Shown: piece after piece, positions 13,141 through 25,679 of the stretch
How the letters are laid out: each line of letters starts with the position of its first letter
Position numbering within the stretch: the first letter of the stretch is position 1
Program-made: the position numbers and the translations under genes
The notes under the pieces: generated by a model
The model's input: only the letters and a program-made list of their open reading frames with translations
Database searches by the model: none
What the model was told of the DNA's origin: nothing
From: Sphyrna mokarran
Taxonomy: Eukaryota
Assembly (NCBI GenBank): GCA_024679065.1
Contig: JAGIQG010000002.1
Location: 93,620,001-93,684,000 of the forward strand
Length of the DNA stretch: 64,000 nt
Direction: 5' to 3'

Positions 13141-14094
13141 TTGGGCTGAGTCAGGAAGCCTTCCTGGGCAAGATCTGATTTCGGCATTCCATACCCCATT
13201 CTCATTTGCAAAACTTATCACTGGCATTGTAAAAGGTACAGGTGGCCAGCTCAAATGAAAGCTTCCCCACACCCCATCCTTTGTTGACTCCATTTTGGAA
13301 GACATTTCAACCTACAGTTTTGATGGGTTAGTTCTGTTTTGATTAAAGACGTACTTCACAGACTCTCTGAGGGATCATGTATCACAGGGGAGCTTTTGCC
13401 CCAAGTCAGGGACCACTGGGAAAAAAAAAAATCAATTTTCACTTTGAAATATATTGTCCCTATTATGCTCTCAAAAAGTTGCCAATCAATCACAACCATT
13501 CATAGCATTAATGGCAGAAACTTTTATCTATTTTGAACCTCTTAATCTGTATAAACAGGCATTGACAAACCACGTCAAAGAAAGATCAGGTTATTATAAG
13601 GTAATAAAGACGTCAATCAAACAAACTTGCCCTCAGTTTTATCAATATTGCCTGGCGACAGTCAATTGCATTCGTCATTCTTGGAGCTCAACCAAGCATT
13701 CAGAATGAGACCATCTGAAACAAAAATGTCTGACCATTTGCTCTAATACCTTCTGTTGCATTTGTCTCTCTGGAGCGATTAAATAGTGGGCAGAAGCCTC
13801 TTTTACAGAAACAGATTGTGGAGTTTAGAACTTTCCCAAGTCACATTCCCATCCCCTTCAATAAAATTTGCCCTTTGTATTTGTCCTCAAATTTAGAAGA
13901 CACAAAAAGAAGTCTGGAAATAGAGTCTAAAGAGAATGAGAAACTTATTCGTATTAAAAAATAAAAAATAGTTCTTATTAGTTAGTCATCGTCCACAAAT
14001 GACCATCGACATATTGTTTCATTTGAAGAGACAATTGGTTATACGTAGCTTAAGGGCCATCAATCTACAAGTATGGGGAAAAGCAAGGAGACAG

Positions 14095-15130
14095 GACTCC
14101 GTGAACTACAACAGTAATGGAAAAATGAATGTGATTACAAGTCAACAAATCTCCCCAGCCTGATGGCCTACACTCAAAGGGTTTAAAAGAGGTAGTTGTA
14201 TGGATAGTGAATGCATTGATTTTGATCTTCCAGAATTCCTCAAATTCTTAAATGATCCTCATGGAAAACAGATAGTAGGAATGAACAGGTCATTTTCAGG
14301 TTAGTGGACTGTAACCAGCAGAGTTTACAAGGAAAAGTACTTGGGCCTCAGCTGTTTAGAACCTCTACCAATAAAGGGTATTTAGCTGAGAGACTGAATT
14401 TAATATATTCAAGTTTGCTGATGTTACAAAGCTAGGTAGGAATGTAAATGAGAAAGATGCAAGAAAGTTGTGGAGGGATATAGACCAGTTAGATGAGCAG
14501 ATGGGAATGATGAAGGAGAAATCTAATATGAAGAAATGTTGGTTTTACAAATAGAAAAACAGAATATTTTTAAATGGTGACAGACTGGAAAATGTTGGCA
14601 TTTAGAAAGATCTGGCTGTCCTTGTATATGAATTGCAAGAAGCACAGCTAACAATTAGGAAAGCAAATGATATGTTATCTTTTATTATAAATGGGATTGA
14701 TAAGGATAAGGAAATCTTAGTGCAGTTGGACTACGCATAGGTGAGAGTCATATCCACAGTATTGTGTACAGTTTTGGTCGTTTTAACAAAGAAAGAATAC
14801 ATTTGCAACAAATGTTCACTTGATGGATTCCTCGGATAGCCGAGTTATCCTATGAAGAGGGATTGAGTCAACCAGGCCTATTCCCTGGAGGAGATGTGAA
14901 CTTTTGAAACACACAAGATTCTTAAGGGACTTGATAGGGTAGATGCTGAGAAAATATTTTCATTCCTGAACAACTTCAAATCTACGGGTCATTGCTTTGT
15001 GAATCTGGAATTCTTTATAGCAGAGAAGTATAAATGCTCTGTCATTGAGTATGTTTAAGACAAAAGCAAAGGGGATCAAAATAAGGGGTTGGATGGAAGC
15101 TGGATGAGGTGGAGATCAGCTATGATCTTA
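14095..15130 (+). mobile_element. CR1 LINE ORF2 RT to 3' end, degenerate
   Basis: Motifs KSP.PDGLH, VLGPQLF and KFADVTKLG (aagtttgctgatgttacaaagctagg), HSIVYSFG-like HLEYCVQFW, then the 3' UTR gatcagctatgatctta. Confidence 0.85.
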
Positions 15131-15374
15131 CTTTTTTCTTGGCAATTCTACAGTAAATGAAATCACAAGCATTAGATTTTTAATATGTCACTGATTCCAA
15201 TTTATAAACGCATTTCTCAGGTTCTACCAATTTAAGAGCTCTATTCTTTTGAACTGCAGCAAGAGGGCTATACAACCCTCTCTGTTAAGCTACTGAACAT
15301 TTGCATGCTAGAGTCTTTGATCCACTTATTTTATTCTTAATTTACTTGGCTAATTAGGTTTATTTTCCATACAG

Positions 15375-15425
15375 GTCCAGAGTACATCATGGATGCCTCA
15401 TCAACCATATGTTATGCAACCAGCA
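15375..15425 (+). CDS. RBMS3: RBMS3 coding exon (51 nt; VQSTSWMPHQPYVMQPA)
   Basis: Acceptor ttttccatacag and donor gca|gtaagt, phase 0-0. Matches RBMS3 VQSTSWMPHPPYVMQPT. Confidence 0.95.
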
Positions 15426-15641
15426 GTAAGTTATTCCAAACCTTCCTGTAACTTTAATATGTTCTTTGAATTGCAGCAAGATGTCTTCAGCTTGTATAAG
15501 AAGCAGATTGCCACATACTACCCAACGGGGGTCCGTATCATGTATTCAATAACATTCATGCCACAGATTTATGTGTAGTTATCTATAGCATAACTGTATT
15601 TTCTGTCTTTTCTCACCATCCACCCCCCGTTTTTATAGTTA

Positions 15642-15760
15642 TAGGGCGCAATTTTATGGCCTTGCTCGAACAAGACCAGAAATTCCCGCCTGAATTCAAC
15701 AGACATTTCCACTCCTCACCCGCTCTGATTCCTTGGTAGGCCGGATGACGAAATTCCGAC
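15642..15760. mobile_element. Short (about 120 bp) TIR MITE, PIF/Harbinger-like
   Basis: Starts gggcgcaattttatggcc and ends gaaattccg. Related copies lie at about 34784, 35295, 36740 and 47834. Confidence 0.55.
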
Positions 15761-15764
15761 AATA

Positions 15765-16040
15765 GAGTCATACAGAAGAGGCCCTTCTGAGCATCAAGTT
15801 TGCACTAACAAAACTATACTAAATCTACTCTAATCCCACTCTCTAACACTTGGCTCAGAGCTTTGAATGTTATGAGAATTTCAAGTGCTCATCCACGTAC
15901 CTGTTAAAGGTTGTGAGGTTTCCCACCTTGATTAACCTTCCAAACAGCACATTCCAGACTCCCACCACCTTCTGGGTGAAAAAAAATGTCTCCTCAAATC
16001 CCCTCTAAAACGTCCTGCCCCTCACCTTAATTTATCCTTC
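15765..16040 (-). mobile_element. CR1 LINE 3' end
   Basis: cattccagactcccaccaccttctgggtgaaaaaaa...cctcaaatcccctctaaaa is the reverse of F.GDLR..FFTQKVVGVWN. Confidence 0.8.
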
Positions 16041-17429
16041 AATCAAATCGGGTGAATCTTATGGTCCCTCTCACCATATTTCATATTTGAAATGGAGGGG
16101 GCAGAGTACATAAAATATAATGGCTTGCCAGCAAGCTGCCTTGCCACCAGCAGCAGCACCTCCCCTCCCGACCACTACCAACCTGTCCCTATATCGACGC
16201 AACTCATGGGCCGAAGGGCCTGTTTGTGCTGTATTGTTCTATATGTTCTATATTATGGGTTCAGTGCCAGGCCTTTGGCTATTGAGGCTATTAAATGGCT
16301 AGTTAATAATTGTAGGTATGAAGGTTAAGAATTTTATTGCTTATAAATCAAATTATTAAGGAGAATTAGGCAGTATTGCTCAGTTCTGTATATGTATTTT
16401 TATTCGCTGTCTGCTACTGGTTGAAGGTTACGAAAACCTTGTTTGGTTGGATGGATTGCAAAATGTTTAATGAATATTCTGAAGCAAAGGGTAATAGACA
16501 TTTAATAGCACTTAAAAGCCACCAAAATTAAGTGGCTGCTACAAAGAAGAGCCACAAATAAATGAATATTTTTAACAGCCAGAACTGGTAATATAATTTG
16601 GCAGTAAAATTTAATTGAAGCAGAAATTCTGTCCTGAATGAGGGTACTGCAATTCACTGCTCCACACACACTGTGCTAATTGTTTCTTTTCCAATTAGAA
16701 TTTGAAATGTTAAATGATTGAATTCAACAGAGCTGTTGAATAAATGTGACCAAATGCTCTGTCTGTTCTTGCAGGCAGCAGTGTCCTTTTGTGTTACTGG
16801 CTCCATCCATACTGGAAGAATGATAATCATGGTGGTAGAGGTTTCAAAAGCACAGCAGTGCTTTTTGGTCCCGTAGCCAAATTCTATTTCTGCCCAGTGG
16901 AGTAAGCTGGCCAGTTTTGGAACGCAGGCAGACTCATCAGAAAATCTCTTCCACTTTTAGCATTTCTTTGCAGACAATGGGGAGGGAAAGGGAAGGGTGC
17001 GATCCTTGGCTTTCTCTGAAAATGGACTCAAAGTGGCACTATCAGCCAGCCACCTGTCTGTTCTTTCTGGGATAAAACCTGAGGCCTTTGGAGGCCTCAC
17101 CTTGTTGAAATGCCTCTGATTAGTTCCAGATACCTTCCTGCAGCATGCCAGTTAGAGCAAATTGGACAATGATTTGAGCCCTGGAGGGAAAGTGGGGAGA
17201 TGCTGGGGTAAAAGCTCAGTAATAGTGCAGGATTCTTTTGTAGCCCCACAATATAAAAGATTTAAACATTTCTTGGTTAGGTCATTGATCATCTTGGATA
17301 AATGGACACAGAATTATAGGTGCACACTCCACCCATTTGTACTTGAAAATTACAATTGGTCCCTACAATTGGCATGATAGCCTGAACAATATATTTAAGC
17401 CTTCTGTCATCTGCTTCATGTGATGGGCC

Positions 17430-17660
17430 TCTTGCCCTTTCCCAGGTTCAAGAATTTCCTCACTAAATCTTTCTGCTTCTCTATGTCTCTTTTTTTTAAA
17501 TGTTTCTTCAAATCTACTATTTTTCAAGCTTTTGCTCAATATTTCTCATATCTCCAAGTGTGGCTCAGTGATAAACTGTGTTTGTTAATGCCTCTGTGAA
17601 TACTTTGGGATGTTTTGCTGTGATACAGACACTATTGAAGACTTAGCTGTCTTTGTTATT
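17430..17660 (+). mobile_element. L2 LINE 3' end
   Basis: caagcttttgctca...tgtggctcagtg...tgtgaatactttgggatgtttt...actat, an L2-type terminal region whose end resembles the DeuSINE tail. Confidence 0.6.
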
Positions 17661-18974
17661 GGAAGTCTTTGCAATATTATGCAAGAAGAAAAATTACGGT
17701 TCTGTAGGAAGGAATAATGTTTTGAAAAATCAGAATCATTTTCATATTCTGTGTATGTTCATACCCAATTTGTGGTGCAGTTTATTCAGAACCCAGTCTG
17801 ATAACACTGTTTTGTAGCCAACTTTAAACCTCTTTCATTTCCATGCCTTTATCCTTTACTCTCACTCAGTCAGTCGGCCAGTCTGCAGTCTATCAATGTG
17901 CAATTGTAAGGAATGCAACTATCGAGGATTTATTTTTCAGCTGCACTGAACTAAGCCACTAAAATGATTGTTGGTGAAAATAACCTCTGGTTTGATATAT
18001 TAAAATATGCTAAATGGAGGTTGTCTATCAAAAACAGAATCCTGTCAGTGTAAAGAGTCGAAGGCCAGAAAATTAGAATTATCAGAGATAATTAAAATCA
18101 TAAAACCTGTGCTTCATCAATGTGTTTGTCATTCTCAGCTGCCCTCATCTAAACAAGACTAGCTCTGTTACTCTGGAAATAAAATCTTAAGCAGCTAGAC
18201 CATGCTATCTTGTACTTATTACAACAGTACCCCCTATTAATTTCCCTAAATTATGATTATTAAGGTTGCTGAGAGAATGGTGTTGCTAGAAAAAGCAGAA
18301 ACGATGACTGGATCCAGCATTTCTCTAAAAGGCTAGAATAAGAAAGCATTTATGGTACAGGGGCTTCTTAGGTTTGTACCGATGACAGTTTACATTATCA
18401 GTGGGTTCCTGAAGTTCATTATGTTTGCTGATGAAAAGTTAATGAAAGGCGATACTTAAGTCTATGCTCTTGGTGATTAAAAATAGCAATCCTGCAACTT
18501 GACTAATTTTGAGAGAGTGAGTTCTTCTCTGGTGAAGGATTATAGTATTTTAAAATGTTGTTGCCTGATTTACATGAGGGAATTTATAACAACTTCATCG
18601 TTCTCCCCTTGCCTCCAGATATGAGTTCTGATGCCATGGGCATTGACGGCATCCACCTAATTAGCCATTTTTAACGTGGAAGACCAGATAGTGAGGAAGG
18701 AGTCCAGTTATGGAGGGCATAATGTCCAACCACACTCTGTTCCCAGATCCCTACACAGCACTTTCGGCAGAGAGGCTAGGCTGTGAATAGGATCTTAAAG
18801 CCAGATTGATTTTTTTTGTCTCCCAGCTCAGAGCACTGAAGTTAATTTTAGCACCTCTACTGCTGCCCCAGCTGAGATCCATTATGTGGAGTTGTCTTTT
18901 GAAATTCAGAAAGGAGTTTGAATACAATAGTTATTGGTAAAGAGCTGCAATATTGAAGAAAATGTCTCACTAAG

Positions 18975-19230
18975 ATACGAAAGTCTGAAAGCACATACCA
19001 ACAGACTCAAGAACAGTTTTTTCCCTACTGTCATCAAATTTCTGAATGGTCCTATCATATATTAAGATGATCTTTCTTTTTACCCTGCATGTTAATTGTA
19101 AACTGCATTCTGCACCCTATCCTTGCCTTTTCCCCTATGCACTTCATGAATGCTATGTTTTCCTTAGTAAGCAAGAAACAATGCTTTTCACTGTATCCCA
19201 GTACAAGTGACAATAAATCAAGTCAAATCA
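18975..19230 (+). mobile_element. Rex1/Babar LINE 3' end
   Basis: Translates SLKAHTNRLKNSFFPTVIKFLN (Rex1 ORF C-terminus), followed by a 3' UTR ending gtgacaataaatcaagtcaaatcaa. Confidence 0.8.
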
Positions 19231-19759
19231 ATATTTTGAAGTTGAACAGGACTGTAAAATATGGAGAATGTTCATGGTGTTAAGCTCAATTCAAGTACTT
19301 AAAGAGACTGTCTCTTTGTAAAACATACTTTTCAATTTTTTTTTGCAACAGTGTTACAGGCAAGATGACAGAAAACTAAAATCCTGATCCCCTTTTCACT
19401 GGCCAGAATCAGTAAGCTTTTGAGAGAAAAATGAGTGTGTTTTTAACCCCTCAATTTGTGGACAAATTTGTTTGAATCTAGCAGCAAGCTTTTTGTGAGT
19501 TTACATGAAAGAAGATGATTATTTATTGAAACATTCACCCTGAAATCTATCACTACTGTACTCACTCATTTAAGTACAACAGTTAAAGTACAGTTGAAGA
19601 AAGCAGTGCACTTTTACAAGTTATAAGCATTAACTGTAAACAAAGGTTACATGATGATTATAATCTGGAAGACTTGCGTTGCGGAACTACAAAAAGACAT
19701 CTTCATCTCCTAAAGCATAATTTGATGAATTGAACAGCCAAAGTCATTTTGAGGATTTC

Positions 19760-19965
19760 CTTTTGATTTGATTTGAATTGATTTATTATTGTCACAAGTA
19801 TTAGTACGTAGTAAAAAATATTGTTTATTGCACTATACAGACAAATAATACTCTTCATAGAGAAGGAAAGGAGAGGATGCAGAATGTAGTGTTACAATCA
19901 TAGCTAGGGATTCGAAAAAGATCAACTTATTATAAGGTGAGTCCGTTCAGAAATCTGACGGAGTA
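19760..19965 (-). mobile_element. Rex1/Babar LINE 3' end
   Basis: tttgatttgatttgaattgatttattattgtcac is the reverse complement of the 18975-19230 tail type. Confidence 0.78.
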
Positions 19966-20319
19966 GAGTTTTAAAAGCATAAAACAAGAGTACAAGATTG
20001 AATTAATGTCTGTGCTGGGCACAGCTTGCAAGAAGTTGCTACACTTCATTGCCATCAAATGGTTGAACTTGCTGCAAGTTTGCTGTATTGTTGGGTCTGG
20101 AAAGAAACAGGTTTGCATCCCGTATGGTGTTGTTTTTAACATGCAGGTGTTACAGTCACTTCTGCTGCTGGAACTAGCACTTGAAGATTACAAAGGGGCA
20201 AACATGGCTGCCTTACCATGCGACTCCTCACAATGACAGTTTCTTTTTCAAATATGATGGCAGTCTTTGGTTGACCAGTCACATTCTGGTTTATTGTTTT
20301 AAGACCTTCATTCTTCTTT

Positions 20320-21820
20320 ACCCAGATTTTCACTCCCACATCTGGTGTGCAGCAATGGGAGAATTCCAGGCCTCACAAATTCAAACTTTAAAAATGGTTG
20401 CCCAATATCAGATTTTCAGTCCGGGGGTGGGCTGGATTAAAAGTTGGGGTGGATGAGCGGGAAGAAATGAGGAGGCTGCTGGGTGCAGAAGCAGGTAGGG
20501 TGGAAGGCCAGCCTCAGAGGACTGGCACTATTCCAAAGTTTTAAAATAATTATTTAAACATGAAACAATTCACCAACCCTCAGAACTCACCCTCTTCATT
20601 CCCATGACAATGCACGTTGCCTCATGCCCCAACCCCTGTCCTATGGCCTGTCATGATCTTCATGCCACAGTGCTCCCACCATCCACCCCTGTGACCCATT
20701 TATTGTCTACCCCTCATGCCATGCTGTGATCCCCAAATAACCCTTGGGTTCTCATTGTCTCTCTATTCCCTATGTTCTTTATATCTCCATGCCCATTCAT
20801 GCCTTTCCACCCATCACCCTTTGCTCTTGCACCTACAATGGCAACTCACCCAATTGCCACTATGGGCAGACTTCAGGACACATGCAAGGATGAGATAAAA
20901 TTAAGTCCTACAATATAATGTTCAAAGTATCCACTGCAGTCTTAATTTTATTGAAAAGAACTCTCATCCATAAAAAACCCTTTACTACATTTAAATTCCC
21001 TCAAGTACATAAAGCCTTGTGACAACAAATGTTTAATTCAAATCTGCAGTCCCTTATAGCAACAAGCATTGGAAGCAATAATCCGATATCAGTCTATAAT
21101 TATTTCTGGTTGTCAAGTAAACCGTGAAATGGCAGACATCCTACTGTGATAATAGGTGGTTGTGAAATCAGTCTGAGGTGAATGTCACCAGACAAAGTGA
21201 AATTGCAAACAATCTATTTTTCTAACAGTCCGGACATTATTTAAAAAGTTATAGGGCAGGACTTTTACCTTGACAGCTTGACTGCTCCCTTTGACAGATG
21301 CTTTTGGCAAGTCCTTTTGACACTTCTGACAACTGCCTTTGACAGTTCCCCTTGACAGATGCTTCTGACAGTTTTGACAGTTGATTTTGACAGGTCCATT
21401 GACAGTTCCAATGAGCCTGACAGTAATAAGTGTATACACTTCTTATACAAATTTATGCTTTACAAAATATTCCAAAGGGCATTAGACCTACCCCAGAATG
21501 CACCATACCTCATCCAAAGGTGTGAGTGAACCAGGTTTAAAGGGATACCTTAGGTCTCCAAACAAATCCGCATATTTCAAACCTCCTTCTAGGTCTAACC
21601 TGCATACTTTGTGTTTCATGTTCCTCAACTACCAAAATCCGACTTTAGTGCAGGTAATTTAAATGGTAAGCTGTCTCCGTAAACAGTGCATGGGCAAAAT
21701 AGGTCACCATTCCTGTCCCTAGGAAAATCGGAAGTGCTCCATTCAGAGGTAGGACTTGCAAAGTTCACTCAGTCCCTCTAGTTTCACCATGGCTCTCCAT
21801 CATGGGCAAATTTGTGGGCC
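20320..21820 (+). mobile_element. Non-autonomous TIR element (PIF/Harbinger-like), about 1.5 kb, same family as 42862-43674
   Basis: Ends cccagattttcactc and gcaaatttgtgggcc. Internal blocks (cagattttca..gggctgga, ggctgctgg..agaagca, ccaaacaaatcc) are shared with 42862-43674. Confidence 0.65.
21270..21425 (+). repeat. Degenerate tandem array of TGACAG motifs
   Basis: Nine exact TGACAG plus TGACAC, TGACAA and TGACTG variants in about 155 bp, all on the + strand. Confidence 0.85.
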
Positions 21821-22131
21821 ACTGTTTCAAAAAAGACCCGTTCAGTCCTGGAATGTGTTCTGATGATGTAAGGGTATGTATAGTTAACATGTTTCATCAG
21901 TGATGTGCCCTTTTTTCTCTTATAGACAGTGAAGAATTCTAGAAAACATAGGGCTATTCATCTGACCTTTGTAGGCCATCTTTGCAGCATACTGTCCACC
22001 TTTGAAGGAGATGTCAATTTCAAAAGGTTCATTTCAATGAAGTTCAGGTCTTAAAAGTGAACAATATGACATGTCATTACTGCTGACAACCCCCATAGAA
22101 CATGTGGATTTTCTACATCACAGTGCTATCT

Positions 22132-24190
22132 TAGAAAACATAGAAACTAGAAGCAGAAGTCAGCCATTCAGCCCTTTAAGCGTGCTCCATCAGTTATTTT
22201 GATCATGGCTGATCATCAAATTCAATATCCTGATCTCGCCTTCCCAACATATCCCTTGATTCCTTTAGTCCGCAGAGCTAGACCTACTTTCTTATTGAAG
22301 TACTCTGGGATGAAGATTATCAGGACATGGAGATTTATCCACGTTTAATCCATCAATTTCCCTAAAACCATTTCTTTACTAATGCTGATTTCCTTCAGCT
22401 CCTCATTAAACCTTGCTTCTCTCAGAACTTCTGGTACATCATTCATTCTTCCTTTGCAAAGACTGAAGCAAAGTACAAATTTAATCCCTCAGCCATTTCT
22501 TTATTTCCCATTATGAATTCTCCTGTTTCTGATTATTATTTCATTTTTGTCAGTCTTTCTCCCCTTTACATATCCATCAAAACTTTTACAGTAAGTTTTT
22601 ATGTTTCTCGCTAGCTTACTTTCATACTCTATTTTTCCCTTTTTAATCAATCCCTTGATCCTCCTTCACTGAACTTTAAACTGCTCTCAATCCTCAGGTG
22701 TATTGCTTTTCTTGCCAATGTGTATGCTTCTTTCTTTAATCTGATACTATCTCTAATTTCCTTGTAAACCATGGTTTGGCTACAATCCCCTTACCACTTT
22801 TGCATCAAACAGAAGTAAACAATTTCTGGAGTTCACCTATTCGTTCTTCAATTGCCTGCCATTGCCTGTTGTTTCCTAGTCCATCATGCCAATTCATACC
22901 ATATACCATCATAACTACCTTCATTGTGACTCAGAACTTTGGTCTCAGAACCAACTACATCACTCTCCACCTTGACAAAGAATTCCACCATATTATTGTC
23001 ACTTGTCTCCAAGTTGTCTAGTTGTCTCTGACAACTAGATTGCAAATTAATCCTTTCTCTTGCACAACACTCGTCCAAGATGGCATGTTCCCTTGTTGGC
23101 TCATCAACATATTGCTCCAGAAAACCATTCTGTATGCACTCTAGAAATTCCCCCTGTATTGTATAGTGACTAATTTAATCTCTCAATCTACGTGCAGATT
23201 GAAGTAGTCCATAATCACAGATGTTCTTTTTAATTCATGCATCTCTGATTTCCCAATATTGCACTACAGTTTGTGGTCTGTATACCCACCCCCGCCACAA
23301 ATGTTTTTACCCTTTGTTGTTTCTTAACTTGGGCCAAACAGATTCCACATCATCTATGCTATTTTCTTTCCTTAATATATATTGACCAACAATGCAACTC
23401 CACCACCTTTCCTTCCCGTCTGAACGTTGAATAGCCCTCAGTCTTAGTTCCCATCCTTGCTCACTTGGAGCCATGTCTCTGTAATGTCTGCTATACCATA
23501 CCCCTTTTCTATCTGAGCAACTAATTCATCCATGTTGTTTTGACTGCTCTGAGTATTCAGGTACACTTTTAACATTTCTTTTTCCTTCCCACTATTTTTT
23601 ACTTTGTCTTTTTCTGATTTTGGCCACTGATTTCTCTGCCTATCACTTTCCTTATTCTTTGTACTGGCTTTTCCTCTTGGTCTTAATTCCCCCTGCTCTG
23701 AATCTTTGCAAAGGTTCCCATCCCCCTGCCAAATTAGTTTAAATCCTCCCCAACCACTCTAGCAAGTAATGCCCAACGACATCCGATCCTGCCCAGATAT
23801 AACCTGTTCAGTTTGTATAGGTCTTACCTACCCCAGAACTGTTCTCAATGCCCTTGGAATCTGAAACACCCCCTCTCACACTATCTTTTCAGCCCACATT
23901 CATTCTATGTGTCCTGCTGTTTCTACTCTGACTAGCATGTGGCACAGGTAGTAATCCTGAGGTCACCTCCTTTGAGGTCCTACATTTCAGCTTGCTTTCT
24001 AGCTCCCTATATTCTGCTTTTAGGAGCTCATCACTTTACCTAATCATTTGTACCAATGTGTATTACAATCACTGGCTGTTCGCCCTCCTCCTTCAAAATG
24101 TCCTACAGCTATTCCAAAACATCCTTGACCCTAGCACCAGGGAGGCAATATACCATCCTGGAATCTCGTTTGTAACATCAGAAACACCTA
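22132..24190 (-). mobile_element. Internally deleted CR1 LINE (ORF1 esterase, ORF2 endonuclease region and 3' tail)
   Basis: 3' tail at 22132-22285. On the minus strand, HIGTND (about 24042-24060) and SGLLPVPHASQSRN (about 23920-23960) are CR1 ORF1 SGNH-esterase motifs. ORF 22884-23078 resembles the endonuclease end (SDNNMVEF). Confidence 0.85.
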
Positions 24191-24534
24191 TCTGTATCAT
24201 TCTCACCGAGTTACGATATTCAATTCAGTTTTTGTTGTTACATTCCATGTTTGCTAATAAATATTCTAAGAGGACTTTTTAATGAAAGATGGTATTTAAA
24301 TGAAAGAATTTATATTGGACTAAATATTTTTCTTTGTTTAGCGATACATGGCAAACTAGCATACATTATGTTGCAATACATCACTGCATCACAGCATACA
24401 ATGTCCTATGAAAAAATGACATATCCCAGCTTTCCTTGTGGAATTCAAGGGAAGGTTTGTCAAACACCTTTTCACAAAATCAGTTCTATTTAAACCTTAA
24501 TTGTATGCGTTATCAAAAGAGATTCCGTTTTGCA

Positions 24535-24920
24535 AAGTAGAGTGTCCTATATTCTCTGGAGTTTAGAGGAATGGCGGTGACCTCATTAAAACACAAATTT
24601 CTTGGAGCGTCTCGCAAGGTAGATCCTGTCAGGGGACGTAGTTTCAGGATATTTATCACTTCATCACTGAGATGAGAAGAGATTTTCACTCAGAGGACTG
24701 TGATTCTTTGAAATTTTCTCCCTCAAAAGATTATGGAAGCTCGCTTACTGAGTAACCGAGTATATAAGAAAGAAATTGTTAGATACCAATGAAATCAAAT
24801 AATAAGTGGAGAAAGAGTATGACAATGCAGTTGAGGTAGAAAATCAGCCATGGTATTATTGAGTGGCAGAGCAAGCTCGAAGGGTTGTATGGCCTATTCT
24901 TGTTCCTTTCTCTTATATAG
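24535..24920 (+). mobile_element. CR1 LINE 3' end
   Basis: ctatattctctggagtttagaggaatggcggtgacctcatt (LYSLEFR.M.GDLI), followed by a CR1 3' UTR. Confidence 0.8.
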
Positions 24921-25679
24921 CTTGCTTAATATATTGCAGCAATTTCAAATGCTGATGTATTCAGCTGTGTTGCCCTTATAGCTTCAGTTTATTGTACTTC
25001 AGCAGTGAGCTAACATCTGACATTTCAATCATAGGCCTAGTGCCAAAATAATTGTACGAGTTTTGGGGTATGTTTCATTTTGTGATGCATTCCTCTCATG
25101 GATTGTCTTGCTTAAAATATGGCAAGTTCACAAATGTGTGGTTTTGCCAAAACATTCTTCCTGTCAGATTGTTTTCTGGCTTTAGATATGTCCGCCTGAA
25201 TCCTATGAGGTCAGCAGGAAGGAATGAGAAAAGGCCACAGTGTACATTTGAACTATATTCCACTGCTGAATGCATACTAGCAGAACTAATAGTTCTCTGA
25301 CTGGTGCATGAATTCATTAGGAAGCATGATTTTAAAAAAAACATCTGTTGTATTGAGCTAAACAACAAACAATGCGCATTTGAAGAGTTCTCTTAACAAA
25401 ATCTCAATGTACGTGACAATGCTGAGACTTATTTCTTGCTCATGTACAAAGTCAAGAAATCCGGAGAATTTAAGGTTGTCTTTTGGGCTCTGAACATAGC
25501 TCATTAAAAAGTTTTTCCTAAGCTTTTTGTTCACTTTCCAAGTCCAACGGGAACAAAAAACAGTTCAGACCAGTATTCTTGTTTCCCAGTTTTTACTGAT
25601 GTTTCATTTTAAGGCATATAAGTCCAGTTCAGACCAGTATTCCTATTATCCAGTTTTGACTTTTTTTAAGCTAACGCTA

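Noticed and set aside
7403-15425. Assignment to RBMS1 or RBMS2
   Set aside because: Diagnostic residues ([34 protein letters not shown]) fit RBMS3 better as recalled.
15393-15578. 61-aa ORF extending the RBMS3 exon
   Set aside because: It reads through a consensus gtaagt donor at 15426, and the downstream residues show no RBMS similarity.
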